Origin: Malacoraja senta
Lineage: Eukaryota
Direction: 5' to 3'
NCBI GenBank assembly: GCA_038087875.1
Contig: CM075992.1
Coordinates: 12,464,001-12,528,000, forward strand
Length of the DNA: 64,000 nt
The notes below the pieces were generated by a model. The model was not told the origin of the DNA. It saw nothing but the letters and a program-made list of their open reading frames with translations, and did no database searches. Shown here one piece after another: positions 24,272-37,961 of this stretch (its first letter is position 1; each line of letters begins with the position of its first letter). The position numbers were made by a program, and so were the translations under genes.

Positions 24272-24974
24272 GTATTGATGGAGAGATGATATTTCTGATC
24301 CCATACGTCGGTGCTGGTGGGGAAAGGGCAGGGGACGGTGATTTGAGGAATATTGGCATCGAGGAGAAGTAGGAGAGAGGCTGGGGTGTGGGGTAAGGAA
24401 ATCTGGAGAGGGAGAGAGGGGAGGAGGGTATCTGGGGTGAGTGGGCGGAGGGCGTCTGGAGATGGGGGAAGGGGTATGAAATGGACGGTAGGGGGTGTAG
24501 AGTGGGGGGAGGGGATGTAGAGTGGCGGGAGAGGGATCAGAAGGGGAGTAGGGGGTTGTGGGAGGAAGCTTGGAATTGGGGGATGGAGGGAGGCTGGAAA
24601 AAGGCGAGGAGGATGTCTGGAGTGAGGGGAGGTGGGCGTGGGGAGGGGGAGGTCTGGAAGGTTGATGCTGGGAGGGGGAGGGGGGAGAGGGAGGTCTGGA
24701 ATTAGGGTGGAGGTGGCAGGAGGAGTCTGGGGAGGTGGGACAGGAATCCATTGGTGGGAGCGGACTCCAGGGGAGGGTGGATGTGGGACAGTGTGGAGAG
24801 GGGAGGAGGGCAAGTAGAAATGTGAGTATAGTGGAATTGAAGGGCAGGTCTAGCACTGGAACAGGCCCTTCGTCCTTTGACACTGATGTGCGGGGGTGGG
24901 GGGGTGTGGGGGAGGGGGGTTGAGGGGTTGGAAGTTCCTTCCAACTTACCACCACCACCACCTATATCTTCCCT

Positions 24975-26032
24975 GCCCCCTGCAACAACTCCTCAGCGAC
25001 ATCTAGACATTACTACCCTGGAGGTCCTGCATTAACCTTTAGCCTAATTCCCTATCTTCAGTCCATAGGACCTCATCCCTTTTCCTGCCTCTGTCATTTG
25101 TGCTGACGTTCACAACGACTTCTGGCTGCTCCCCCTCCCCTTGAGAATGTTCTGCAGCGGCTGGGAGACATCCTGGACCCTGGCACCAGGGAGGCAGCAC
25201 ACCATCCTGGAGTCTCATTTGCTGCCCCAGAATCTCTGTCTGGTTCCCTAACTAACGATTCTCCAATCACTATCACTCTGCCTGACTGTGCCCCTTCCCC
25301 ACTCTGCCTCAGAGCCGGGTTTGTTGCCACAGACCTGACTGCTGCTGCCCTCCCTGGCCGCTCATACCACCAACAGTATCCAAAGGGACCAACCTGTTGT
25401 CGAGGGGAATGGCCACAGGAGATTCCTGCACTTTCTCACTACTCCCTTTCCTGGTGATCACCCGTCTACTTTCTGCCCCTACCCGAGGCGTGACACCTCA
25501 CTGTGATCCGGTACCGTCTCCGCCTTCTCTCTCCCCCTCTTCTCTTCCCCCCTCTCTCTCTCTCCCTTCTCTCCCACTTTCTCTCTCTCCTTCTCTCCCC
25601 TCTTCTCTCTCCACTCTCTCACCACTCTCGTCCCCTCCTCTCTCTTCCCCTCCTCCCCCCCTCTCCCTCCTTCTCTCTCTCCCCTTCTCTCCCCCCTCCC
25701 CTCTTCTATTTCTCCCCCTCTCAAACCCCCCTCTCTCTCCCCTTCTCTCCCACCTTCTCTCTCCCCTGTTCTCTCCCTCCTCCTCTCTCTCAACAATTCA
25801 CTCTCTTCTCCTCTCTCTCCCTTTCTCACCCTTCTCTCTCTCCCTTCTCTCTCTCCTCCGCCTCCACCCGCGGGAGCGTCCCAGTCACTGACCGCGGTCG
25901 GGGAGGGGGGATCACCCTGGTGAGGAGGTTGAGGTCCGATGGGGGTGCATCGCGGTCATTGACGGTGGGACGCTCCCGCGGGTGGCTACGGAGGAGAGAG
26001 AGAGAGAAGGGGAGGGAGAGAAGTGAGAGGGG
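24975..26032 (-). mobile_element. Third copy of the CR1 ORF1 esterase remnant and palindromic insertion, with most of one arm deleted
   Basis: Reverse complement of ~8940-10050; jumps at ~26032 to the equivalent of ~7877. Confidence 0.7.
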
Positions 26033-27816
26033 CAAAAGCCTCGCACTTACCCTCCACACGACACTTGTACATAAGCACGGTCGCTCCATACAGGCTCCTC
26101 CACTTGTATCTACCTTCGCTTTATACACCCACTAAGGAGCAATCACTCGGGATGCGATGTGTTTTTAGCTTTTCCAACTGAAACTCACCTCATCTCATTA
26201 ACTGTGGGGCCTCTGTAATCAGCTGGCCTTTTTTAAAGTCCCTCTCTTCTACAGCTAGTCAGTGTTCCCTGGGGACTGAGATACAACGTGATATCTCCCA
26301 TTGATCCCTCGGTCCCTCACTGTCCACAGTGAATTTTGTTTAGTTTATTGTCACATGTACCAAGGTGCATTGTGTTGTGTGCTATCCAGTTAGCGGAAAG
26401 CTTATACATGATTTCAATCAAGCCGTCCACAGTGTACAAACACAGGATAAAGGGAATAATGTTTACTGCATCATAATGTCCAGCAAAGTCCAATTATAGA
26501 TCGTACGAGGGGCTCCAATGAGATAGATGGGAGGTCATTACCACTCTCTAATTGGTGATAGGATGATTCAGTTGCCTGATAACAGCTGGGAAGAAACTGT
26601 CTCTGAATCTGGAGGTATGCGTTTTCACACTTCTATACATCTTGCCTGAAGGGAGAGGGGAGAAAAGGTAGTGTCCGGGAGTGAGACTGGGTCCTTGATT
26701 ATGCTGGTGGCCTTGCCAAGCAGTATGAAGTGTAGATGGAATCAATGGAAGGGAGGTTGGTTTGCATGATGGTCTGGGTGCCTCCACAATTCTCTGCAAA
26801 GCTGTGATGGATCTGGATAAGTGTTTCAGCCCGAAACGTTGCCTATTTCCTTCGCTCCATAGATGCTGCTGCACCTGCTGAGTTTCTCAAGCACTTTTGT
26901 CTACCTTTTGTGTACCGCATTGTTTAATAAGTTTATTGGTTCTAAGCGGCTATTCGGCCAATCGGGTCTACTCCGCCACTCAATCATGGTTGATCTAACT
27001 TTCCCTCTCAACCCCATTCTCCTGCATTCTCCCCATAGATTATGAGGTTCTCAATCTCCTTCCTGTACTCCGTCTCATTATTAATTTATATCTGGCCCAC
27101 AATGGTGGTGCCGTCTCCGAATTTTGCAAATTGAGATGGATTTGTATTTGCCTCAACAGTCGTGTTTGTACAAGGAGTAAAGAAGGGAACCAGAGGTCGC
27201 CCATATGTAGACAGCTGCAGTCCACAATCAGTGTTCCCTGCAGACTGAGATACACCGTGATATCTCCCACTGACCCCCAGTGTCCCTCACTGTCCACAGT
27301 CAGTGTCCCTGGGGACTGAGATACACCGTGATATCTCCCAGTGACAATCGAGAATGGAAACACATTTACCCTAAAGTCTCACCATTTCCCATTTAAAGGA
27401 TTCCCACATGTTGCGTGTTGTTTTATCCATGTAACTGCTTCCAATCTACTTTGGCTTGGTCCTGCCTTACGTTATGGAAAGGGGCCTTCCTTTAGCTTAC
27501 AATGTGGATATCCAAGCAACCTCGAGATGGGACTGATGAGATCGGTCCCCTGGACACTGGCATGAAGCTGATGGGCCGAGTGGTCGTTCTTGTGGCAATC
27601 AGCTCATGGCGGGAGATCGATGAAGCTGGGTTTAGAGACGTGGGATTGGTGCCTGCATTTATCCGGGAGATGGTGTCATTGGTCAGGGAACGAACGGGAG
27701 ATTATTGGTGCTCGGGGTTGGTGAGGGTGGAGATGCAGATGAGGGAGGTGGGGAACATGAGGCTGGGGACATGAGCTGAACTTGACATTAACACCGAACA
27801 TCATTCTGTCCCTCAG

Positions 27817-30800
27817 CCACAGACTCCGCACTCGATGACCCGTGTGTGACCCACACCGTCCTGGATCAGCCCTGGAGGAGCACGGATTGTTCCCACACTG
27901 AGTGCAGCGGTGGGACAACGATGGGTGATTGGAACCTTACTGTGGGATGGTACAGATTTAAGAGGTAACGTGAGGCGATCATTGCTGAGAAATTGGACAC
28001 GGATGAGAATGTAAACGGGATAATGAGGGGCGTGTGAAGGGGAGATGTAGGGAGATTGGTGATCATCAGTTGCTGCAATGGGACGGGGCATCAATACTGA
28101 GAATGGGGAGTTCCCACATTGTGGAGTGAGAGACCGGGGAAGACGGAAGCGGAGGGAAAACAACATTGGATTCCGGGGAATGTTGAACGGGACGGGGTGC
28201 GGTCAGAATAGCCCTGATTCCGGGTCTTTCCCTGGTTGAACGTACTCCCTCAGTTGAGGGGCTGACTCTCTGATTGTTGTTTCAGTTCCGGTGGATGGAA
28301 GATTCCGGAGACTGGCATTCAAGTGAATCACTGCTCCGGGGAGTACCCAGTCTGGTTAAACGGTAGGGTCAGAGTTTACTACAGATGCTCTCAGTTATTG
28401 TCCGGGAGGGTCAGACTGACCACCCAGATCTCTCCAGAGGGCCCCTCGCACGGACACGGAACACAAACTCCCTGAGATGTTCCCCCATAGTCACTTAGAC
28501 CGCGCACCGGCCCTGGATCCTCACGGAGTGCGGTGGGGAAGCTCCAGCTTCCTGGAGTTTCCCGATAGTGGGGCTACGGATCCCATCCGCCCGTTGCCCC
28601 TGCTCCAGATCAGAGCCGGAGCAGTTTCAGTGGAGGGGCAGCTCCAGGAGCTGGGCCCGTCTCAGGACACCCACTGTTCAGCAACGAGGCGGAGAAATTA
28701 AATACAAAACAACATTTAGCAACTATGTGCTTATGATGTGTGATTGAAGTGTTCGTGATGTGTTGTGGTTAAAAGTATTGCAATCTAGTGATATTTCCGA
28801 TGAGGCTGAACTATACATTATATACTGTAATTAGTCATGTCACACGGCACAGAAATGGGCCCTTCGGCCCATGCCGACCATGATGTCCCATCTGAGCTAA
28901 TTCGGCCAGTGTTCCTCTAAACCTTTCATGGCCACTCATCACCAGCTGTCAGCACCCATCGGGGTGTTTCCAGTCCAGACCCCGGCACCCTAGGGCGTCA
29001 GCACCAGGAGCAGGGGCTGCTGTGGGGAGTGTGGGTGGGGAGGGTGAGGGCAGCAGCTCACCGCTGACTGAGGCAGGTCAAACCCGACCGTGGCTTGTGA
29101 TCACTGCCTTACACTGGCTCCACATTCACATTCCCACCGCACTGTGGCACCGGGTACATTTTACAATGTTTATAATCCTCATTCCAGGTCGCCATCCCAG
29201 CGTGGAAACGGGGAGGTGACCAGGCTAGTCTGTTTCACTGTGGGCAGTGACATCTGCTACAGAGACCTGGAGATCAGGGTGAAGAACTGCACCGGTTACT
29301 TTGTGTATCAGCTGTGGCCGTTACCCTACACCGACGCTGTGTATTGTACAGGTAGGTCTCCGTTCCCCAGTCACACAGGCAGTTGGTGTTGTGGAGATAT
29401 TCTGTGACGTCCCGCGTCACCAACACACTGAGTATTCAGGTTTACTGCCCCCCCTCTTCCCGTGCCCCTAGACCTGTCCCCTCCCCTCCCACCCTGGTCC
29501 CAGCTTCGTCCCCTCCCATCTTTGCTTCAGCACAGCTCCTCCACCCCGTCCCCCCACCCACCTCGCTCTGGCTCAGACCGCTGCACTTCCACCCTCACCC
29601 TGGCTTAGTCCCTCACTCCCTGACCGCACAGCCCCCTCCACGGCCCCCCTCACTCTGCAAGACCCTCACTCATGGACCTATCTCCCCTCCCCCCTCGCTC
29701 CAGCATCGGAACTTCCCTTCTCTCTCCCATGCTCCGTTGGGACTTTCCCATCAACTTGCCGGATTCACAGTGGTTCTCCTGGTGTGATGGGGAAGTACGA
29801 GTGAAGGGAGTCCGGTGTCACTGTCAGGACTGAGCAGAGACAATATGGGCTGTGGAAGGAATTTCAGGTTTCACAGTCCCTGGAGCACATTGAGGACACG
29901 TCCAGTAGAACAGATGAGGGAACCAGTGGCTGGGCTGTGGGGGGTTTTCAGAAAGCATTTAGTACGTTCCTGCACGAGAGGCTGGTCAACAAGGTCAGAG
30001 CACATGGAATTGTTCACACACTGACATGGATTGAGAATTGGCTTTTGGACAGAGAGCAACAGGTGGGAATAAGCAGATCATTCTCAGGTTGGCAGCAGTG
30101 ACGTGTGGGTACAAGAGGGCTCAGTGCTTGGGCCCCGGTGAATCACAATCTGTATCAATAACTTGGCTGGGACGATCATCTGTGCACTGAGATACACCGT
30201 GATATCTCCCACTGACCAGCAGTGTCCCTCACTGTGCCCCCTCGGACCGAGCCTGGGACCCCCTCCGTGCGACCGAGCCTGGGACCCCTCCCTGGGACCG
30301 ACATAGCACCGTAACCCCCCCCCCAATGATCGAGTCTTCTCCTCCCTCCCCCCCTGGACCAAGCCCACCCCTGGAACCCCAACCTTAGCCGTACCCTATC
30401 CCCTCCTCCAGGGATCTCTCCTCCCCAGGTCCAGGCCATTCCCTTCCTCCCCTCCCTACGGCGGTCTCCAATTTTGTCCGCCTGCTGCCGTGCAGAGCTA
30501 TAACGGTAACAGCCGTAATCCTAGCTCCTATGGAGCCCACGGCGGTCTTACAATATCAGCCGCCTGCTCCCGTGGAGAGCTCGAACTGCGACACAAACGA
30601 TTCTTCTTACTCTAGCTCCTATGGAGCTGCCACGGTGGCCCAAACCCCCGGCCGCCTCCAGAGCTACTCTGGGCACGCTATAGAGTGGCCCGCTGAAAAT
30701 TGCCTTACCTTGGCAGAGCAGTTCGAAACTGATCGGACGAGCGCTATGCGCTAGACGTATTGACGTCCCACGAATGACCCATCCCCTTCCCTCCCACGAG

Positions 30801-31449
30801 ACCGAGTGAGCCGGCGGGTGAGGGGAAGCAGGGAGAGGGTGGAGAGGGACAGAGGGGGTGGGAGAGGTACGTGGGTGAGAGAGAGTGAAAGGGAGGGGTG
30901 AGGAGAGGCAGGGTCGAGGAGGAGGTGAGAGGGCAGGGAGGGGCGAGCGGAGGGGAATGAGAGCAGAGAGACGGACGGAGAGTATTGAATGAAGACGGGA
31001 ATGATGGGGGTGAGGAGCAGAGGGAGTGGGGAGCAGAGCGGAGTGACGCAGGGACGGGTCCCAATGTGTGAGGTGTGAGGGTGGAGGAGCTGGGAGGCAG
31101 TAACGGTCACTCCACTGTGGAGTGGGATGTACTGGGGGTGTCAGGATACATGGTGCAGGAGAGGGCTGGACCGTTGGTGTCACCAGAGACTGGTGTCGGC
31201 CGTGCACTTCCCGCTGCTCCCATCCCGCAGAGCTGCTGGATTATTTCCACACTACACCCACTGTCTGTCCACACTTTATTACAGATCCAGCCTCCGTACC
31301 AACTGAGGAAGCCCAGGAAACAGCCGAACCTCAGGAAACAGCTGAACCCCAAGAAACAGCCGAACACCAGGAAACAGCCGAACCCCAGCAAACAACAGCT
31401 GAACCCAGGGAGGATGTGTTCACCATCCCAGAACCAGATACAAGCTCAG
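27817..31449 (+). pseudogene. Module D: D8C-like domain plus stalk; exons 27817-27964, 28286-28362, 29188-29351 (1-nt deletion), 31285-31449; frameshifted as assembled
   Basis: Splice sites are intact. Exon 3 is 164 nt rather than 165 (GTGGAAACGGGG versus GTGGGAGACGGGG), giving GRHPSVETGR*. This could be a consensus error. Confidence 0.7.
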
Positions 31450-32014
31450 GTATTGATGGGGAGATGATTTTTCTGACCCCAAACGTCCGTGCTGGCGGGG
31501 AAAGGGCAGGGGAGGGTGATTTGAGGAATATTGGCATCGAGGAGATGGAGGCGAGAGGCTGGGGTGTGGGGTGAGGAAATCTAGAGAGAGAGAGAGAGAG
31601 GGAGGAGGGGGTCTGGGGTGAGTGGGCGGAGGGTGTCTGGAGTTGTGGGAGGGTGTGTAGTGGGAGGAAGGGGATGTGGAGTATGGGAGAGGGATCAGAA
31701 GGGGAGTAGGGGTTTGTGGGAGGAGGCTGGGGGATTGGGGGATGGAGGGAGGCTGGGAAAAGGTGAGGCGGATGTCTGGAGTGAGGGGAGGTGGGAGTGG
31801 GGAGGGTGAGATCTGGAAGGTTGGTGCTGGGGAGGGGGGAGAGGGAGGTCTGGTATTGGGGTGGAGGTGGCAGGAGGGAGTCTGGGAGATGGGCCAGGAA
31901 TCCATTGGTGGGAGCGGACCCCAGGGGAGGGTGGATGTGGGACAGTGTGGAGAGGGGAGGAGTGCAAGTAGAAATGTGAGGATGGTGGAAGAGAAGGGCA
32001 GGTCTAGCACGGGA

Positions 32015-32240
32015 ACAGGCCCTTCGTGCTTCGACCCTGATTCCGCGCTGACCAGTGATCCCCGTACACTTGCACTATCCTGTACACTGGGGACATTAAC
32101 AATTTATACCAAAGCCAATTAACCTACAAACATGTACGTCTTTGGAGTGTGAGAAGACACTGGAGCACCTGGGGAAAACCCACGTGGTCACATGGAGAAC
32201 GTGCAAACTCCACACAGACAGCAGCCATAGTCTGGATCTA
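32015..32240 (-). mobile_element. HE1-like V-SINE (3' part; its 5' part resumes at ~33216-33265 after the Rex1 insertion)
   Basis: Reverse complement of the V-domain gttctcc..gtgggtttt..ctccaaagacgtac; intact paralog at ~38525-38800. Confidence 0.7.
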
Positions 32241-32277
32241 CAGACATAGTCTATACATAGATCTAACATAGTCAGGA

Positions 32278-33212
32278 TCCACAGACACCTCTGTCAAGCT
32301 TCTCAAGTTTGCGGACGACACAACCCTGATTGGACTGATCCAGGTTGGGGAGGAATCTGCCTACAGACAGGAAGTGTCACAGCTGGTGTCCTGGTGCCGT
32401 CGCAACAACCTAGAGCTCAATGCTCTTAAGAGAGTGAAATTGATTGTAGACTTTAGGAGATCTCCCCCTCCCCTCACCCCACTCACCATCAACAACACCA
32501 CAGTCACATCTGTGGAGTCTTTTAAGTTCCTGGGAACCATGATCTCCAAGGACCTTAAGTGGGGGGCTACCATCGACTCCACAGTCAAATAGGCACACAG
32601 AGGATGTACTTCCTACGGCAGCTGAGGAAGCACAATCTACCACAGGCAATGATGGTTCAATTCTACACGGCCATCGTAGAGTCTGTTCTCACCTTCTCCA
32701 TCATTGTCTGGTTTGGCTCAGCCACCAAACACGACATCCGGAGGCTGCAGCGAATCGTCCGATCAGCAGAGAAGATTATTGGCTGCAACCTTCCCTCCAT
32801 TGATGAACTGTACACTGCAAGGGCCAGGAAGCGAGCGGGCAAGATCATCTCTGACCCCTCTCACCCTGCCCACAAACTCTTTGAATAACTTCCCGCTGGA
32901 AAGCGACTCCGGATTGACAAAGCTGCCACAGCCAGACCTAAAAACTGTTTTTATCCAGGAGTAGTTGCTCCACTCAACAGCCAAAAATGTGTAGCCTCCC
33001 TTTGATCTGGTATTTAGTTGGTTCACATGCTTGATCAATGGTGTTTTATCATTAATGTTTTATTATTGTTAATGATTAGTGTTTTCTGAAACATTCGTAA
33101 CTGTCACTGTATGATCATGTTACTTGTGGGTGGAGCACCAAGGCAAATTCCTTGTATGTGAATATTTGGCTAATAAACTTACTTATTTACTTACTTACTT
33201 ACTTACTTACCT
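32278..33212 (+). mobile_element. 5'-truncated Rex1/Babar-type LINE (RT C-terminus, 3' UTR, (TTAC)n tail)
   Basis: SVKLLKFADDTTLIGLI..EESAYRQEV..LVSWCRRNNLELN, QRMYFLRQLRK, FYTAIVESVLT, DPSHPAHKLF; AATAAA followed by (ttac)n at 33172-33212. Confidence 0.85.
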
Positions 33213-33694
33213 ACCCTCGGGTCTCTGGTGCCGGGGGCAGCAACTCTACCGCTGCCCCTTGTGCTGCCCTAAGGAGTGAATGGATGACTGGAGATTGCGG
33301 GAGAAGGGGGAAAGTCAGTGGAGAGCTCGTGGAGAATGTATTTTGGTGGCTGACTGACAATCGGGGGCAGGGGCTGAATGGTGAAGCAAGTGAGCGTGTG
33401 TGCGGATTGGACGAGGGGTGTGAGTGAGTTGGGAAAGGATGGATTTAGTCAGGATCCAGGGATAGAGCTCTGTAGGGGAGTCGAGGAGGAACAAGGAAGG
33501 TGGCGTGGAGCGTGTTGGAGGAGTGTGTAATGTTCCATGTGAGATGTGGGACCTGTGAGATTTGGTGTGTGTTGGTGTGTGTTAGCACGGACTGGTGACT
33601 CTTGGTCTCTGCAGCCGACTTCCCTCCTGATCAGCTGTTCAATGTGTTTTTACTCTTTTACCCTCCCTGTCCCTCCTCCTCTCTCTTCTTCCAG

Positions 33695-33790
33695 ATCCAC
33701 CGTTGGACACAACTCTGGAACCCCAGGGAGCAGGGACTGGAGACTCTAGTCCGGGTTTAACTCGTGACCCAGCAGGGTCTGCAAGCTCAG
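33695..33790 (+). CDS. Stalk exon type S2 (96 nt, phase 1-1)
   Basis: Long pyrimidine tract ..ttcttccAG|ATCC...AGCTCAG|GTatca; encodes DPPLDTTLEPQGAGTGDSSPGLTRDPAGSASS. Confidence 0.7.
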
Positions 33791-33822
33791 GTATCAGTGG
33801 TGGGGAGCATGGAACAGAAAAA

Positions 33823-34137
33823 GGCAGCATGGTGGCGCAGCGGTAGAGTTGCTGGCTTACAGCGCCAGAGACCCCGGTTTGATCCTGACTATGGGTGCTG
33901 TCTGTACGGTTTTTGTACGTTCTCCCCGTGACCTGCGTGGGTTTTCTCTGGGTGCTTCTGTTTCCTCCCACATCCCAAAGACGTACAGGTTTGTAAGTTA
34001 ATTGGTTTGGTATGATTGTAAATTGTCCCTGGTGTGTAGTATAGTGTGTAGGTTAGTGTGCGGGGATCGCTGGTCAGTGCGGACTGGGTGGGCGGAAGGG
34101 CCTTGTTTCCACGTTGTATCTGCAAACTAATCTAAAC
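33823..34137 (+). mobile_element. Full-length tRNA-derived V-SINE (HE1-like)
   Basis: A box TGGCGCAGCGG, B box GGTTTGATCC, V-domain gttctccccgtg..gtgggtttt..tttcctcccacatcccaaagac, CR1-like 3' end gaagggcc.tgtttcc, tail (ctaaa). Confidence 0.8.
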
Positions 34138-35035
34138 AGGACATCACAGGAACAGGCCCATCACCCCACAAAGTCCGTGCCGAACATGATGGCAATTTAA
34201 ACCTCTGCCAGCACGTGATCCCTATCCCTACATTTCCTGCATACCAACATTCCTCACCAAACAACGTAATATCCACCATCGTATCAGCCTCCATCACCAC
34301 TTCTGGCAGCACATTCCAGGCCCCCACCACTCTGCGTAAAAGACTTGTCCCCCACATCTGTTCAACTTTGCACCTTGCATCTTAAAGCTGTGCCTTCTAA
34401 TCTTTGACATTTCCACCCTGGGGGAAACGTTCTAAATGGCTACCCCATCATTGCTGCATAATTTTATATACTTCTGTCTGATCCATACTTAGCCTCGACA
34501 ACCCAGAGAAAACACCTCCTGAACACCTCCGCAGTCCGCCAAGGCCAATGAGATCTCCCGGTTGCTAAATACTTTAACTCCTCCTCCCATTCCTATACTG
34601 ACCTTCCCATTCCTACATTGACCAGCATCTGCAGTCTTTGTTTCTACATTTTTCAGAGCAGATGGTTGAGGCAGGTCTAATAACATTTACAAGCCATTTT
34701 GACATGTACATGGACAGGAAAGGTTTCGAGGAATTTGGGCCAAAATGTGGGCAAATGGAACTAGCTGAGATGTGGTGGCATGGACGAGTTGGGCTGAAGG
34801 GCCTGTTTCCGTGCTCTATAATCTGTGACTGTGGCCAGTCCCTGAAATTCACCCCGACTCGGACTGTGGAGAGTGACGTGGAGTGACAGACATTTCAGAA
34901 GGAGAGTGGGTGAAAGGAGATTGGATGATGCTGCTCTCTCCACAGAGCCAGTCCTCCAATTCCCAAACCCCGCTGACTGTCTGATGACCTGTTGTAGTGT
35001 TGCCACACTCCCGTGTCTCTGTTCCTTTATTCCAG

Positions 35036-35131
35036 ATCCTCAGATGTCCACAGTGGAACAGACCCAGGGATCATCGACTGGAGAATCTGTCCAGGAACCG
35101 GCTTCTGTCCCAGTGGGAGACACATCCTCAG
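35036..35131 (+). CDS. Stalk exon type S3 (96 nt, phase 1-1)
   Basis: ttcctttattccAG|ATCC...TCCTCAG|GTacc; encodes DPQMSTVEQTQGSSTGESVQEPASVPVGDTSS. Confidence 0.7.
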
Positions 35132-35189
35132 GTACCAAACCCTCTTGCACATTTTCACTTGTCCTCATTAACCCTGTCATGGGTCATAC

Positions 35190-36500
35190 TGTGTGGAAAC
35201 AACTCGCCCACACCAGCCAACGTGTTCCAGCCACACTAGCCCCACCTGCCAGCATTTGGTCCATATCCCTCCAAACCTGTCCTATCCATATACCTATCTA
35301 ACTGTTTCTTAAATGTTGGGATGGTCCCTGCCATAATTTCCTCCTCTGGTAGCATGTTGCAGACATCCAACACCCATTGTGAGAAAAGGTTACCCCTCAG
35401 ATTCCTATTAAATCTTTTCTCCTTCACTTTAAACCTATGTCCTCTGGTCCTCAATTGACCTACTTTGGGCAAGAGACTGCATCTACCCGATCAATTCCTC
35501 TCATGATCTCATACACCTTTAGAAGATCACCCCTCATCCTCCTTGCTCCAAAGAATAGTTCCAGCCTACACAACCTCTGCCAAGAGCTCAGACTCTCTAG
35601 CCCTGGCAACATCCTTGTAAATCCAGCTTGACAACATATTTCCTATAACACGGTGTTCAGAACTGAACACAATACTCTAATTGTGGCCTCGCCAATGTCG
35701 TAAACAACTGCTACATGATCTCCCGACTTATATACTCGATACTCTGGCTGATAAAGGCCAATGTGCCAAAAGCCTTTTTGACCACCCGATGTACCTGTAA
35801 CTCCACCTTCAGGGAACTATGCACCTACACTCCTAGATCCCACTGCTCCACAACACTCCCTAGAGCATTACCATTCACTGTGTAGGTCCTGCTCATGTTA
35901 GACTTCCCTAAATTCAACATCTCACATTTGTGTATTAAATTCCATCCACCTCAGCCCACCTGCCAATCGATCAAGATCCTGCTGCAATTTTTCACATCTT
36001 CACATCTTAGGTAAAACCACCTACTTTTGTATCATCTGCAAACTTGCTAATCTTGCCATGTATGTTCTCATACAAATCATTGATAGAGATGACAAACAGT
36101 AACGGGCCCAGCACCGAACACTGAGGAATACCACTAGTCACAGGCCTCCAGTCCGAGAAGCAACCTTCCACCATCACCCTCTGCTTCCTTCCATGAAGCC
36201 AATTTTCAATCCATTCAGCTATCTCTCCTTGGATCCCATTCCATCTAACCTTCTAGAGCAGCCTACCATGAGGATACTTGTCGAATGCTTTACTGAATTC
36301 CATTCCTACAACATCTATAGCTCTGCCCTCATCGACCTTTTTAGTCACAACATTTGCCACCATCCAGTCTTCCGGCACCTTTCCTGTATTTAAAGACTAA
36401 TCATAAATATTAATCAGGGCTGACACAATTTCCTCTCTGAGGGGTCCCACTCTCTCTAATTACCCTTTTCTCCATTATCTATTTATAACATCTCTTGGGG
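35190..36500 (-). mobile_element. CR1 LINE ORF2 3' half, degenerate
   Basis: RTRGHRFKVK..RFNRNLRGNLFSQ, VTSGIPQCSVLGPLLFVI, ISKFADDTK. Confidence 0.85.
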
Positions 36501-37760
36501 TTGTCCTGAAACAGTGGAAATGGATGATTCCGTTGTGTGATGTGTAAGAGTGTTAAAGGAATACGGTCCGAGACTCTTGAAAGGCCGGCACCACCATTGT
36601 ACCGAGCGTGCTGGATCAGTTGGGTATTACTGGAGTAACAGACATGTGGTGAAATAATCTGAGGGTTGAGCAGAGACACTGTTGTCCCTGGAGCACATTG
36701 AGGACACGTCCAGTAGAACAGATGAGGGAACCAGTGGCTGGGCTGTGGGGGATTTTCAGAAAGCATTTAGTACGTTCCTGCACAAGAGGCTGGTCAACAA
36801 GGTCAGAGCACATGGAATTGTTCACACACTGACATGGATTGAAATTGGCTTTTGGACAGAGAGCAACAGGTGGGAACAAGCAGATCATTCTCAGGTTGGC
36901 AGCAGTGACGTGTAGGTACAAGAGGGCTCAGTGCTTGGGGTCCGGTGAATCACAATCTGTATCAATACCTTGGCTGGGACGATAATCTGTGGACTGAGAT
37001 ACACCCTGATATCTCACACTGACCTGCAGTGTCCCTCACTGTGCCCCCTGGGACCGAGCCTGGGATCCCCTCTCTGGGACCGAGATATCACCGCAAACCC
37101 CCCCCCCCCCCAATGAACGAGTCTTGTCCGCCCTAACCCCCTGGGACCAAGACCACCCCTGGAACCCCAAACTAAGCCGTTCCCTATCCCCTTCTCCAGG
37201 GAGCTCTCCTCCCCAGGTCCAGGCCGTGCCCTCCCTCCCCTCACTCGCCCTAGGACCGACCCGACCCCTCCCCTCCCACGAGACCGATTGAGCCGGCGGG
37301 TGAGGGTAAAGCAGGGAGAGGGTGGAGAGGGACAGAGGGGGTGGGAGAGGTGCGTGGGTGAGAGAGGGAAAGGGTGGGAGAGGCAGGGTCGAGGAGGAGG
37401 TGAGAGGGCAGGGAGGGGCGGGTGGAGGGGAATGAGGGCAGAGAGACGGACGAAGAGTAATGAGTGACGACAGGAATGATGGGGGTGAAGAGCAGAGGGA
37501 GTGGGGAGCAGAGCGGAGTGACGCAGGGACGGGTCCCAATGTGTGAGGTGTGAGGGGTGGAGGAGCTGGGAGGCAGTAACGGTCACTCCACTGTGGAGTG
37601 GGATGTACTGGGGGTGTCAGGATACACGGTGCAGGAGAGGGCTGGACCGTTGGTGTCACCAGAGACTGGTGTCGGCCGTGCACTTCCCTCTGCCCCCATC
37701 CCGCAGAGCTGTTGGATTATTTCCACACTACACCCACTGTCTGTCCACACTTTATTACAG

Positions 37761-37961
37761 ATCCAGCCTCCGTACCAACTGAGGAAGCCCAGGACACAGC
37801 CGAACCCCAGGAAACAGCCGAACCCCAGGAAACAGCCGAAACCCAGGACACAGCCGAACCCCAGGAAACAGCCGAACCCCAGGAAACAGCCGAACCCCAG
37901 GAAACAACAACTGAACCCCGGAAGGATGTATCCACCGTCCCAGAACCAGATACAAACTCAG
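37761..37961 (+). CDS. Stalk exon type S1, expanded (201 nt, 67 aa)
   Basis: AG|ATCCAG...AACTCAG|GT; 7 QETAEP-type repeats. Confidence 0.75.

Noticed and set aside
27502..27774. ORF containing MKLMGRVVVLVAISSW upstream of D8C exon 1, as a signal-peptide exon
   Set aside because: The nearby GTGAG donor is phase 0 in this frame while phase 1 is needed, and the frame is broken in copy B.
2704..31449. Assigning the symbol UMOD, GP2 or OIT3
   Set aside because: Only the shared D8C domain is visible; no EGF or ZP exons or synteny establish orthology.
33823..33895. tRNA gene
   Set aside because: It is the tRNA-derived head of a V-SINE and continues directly into the SINE body.
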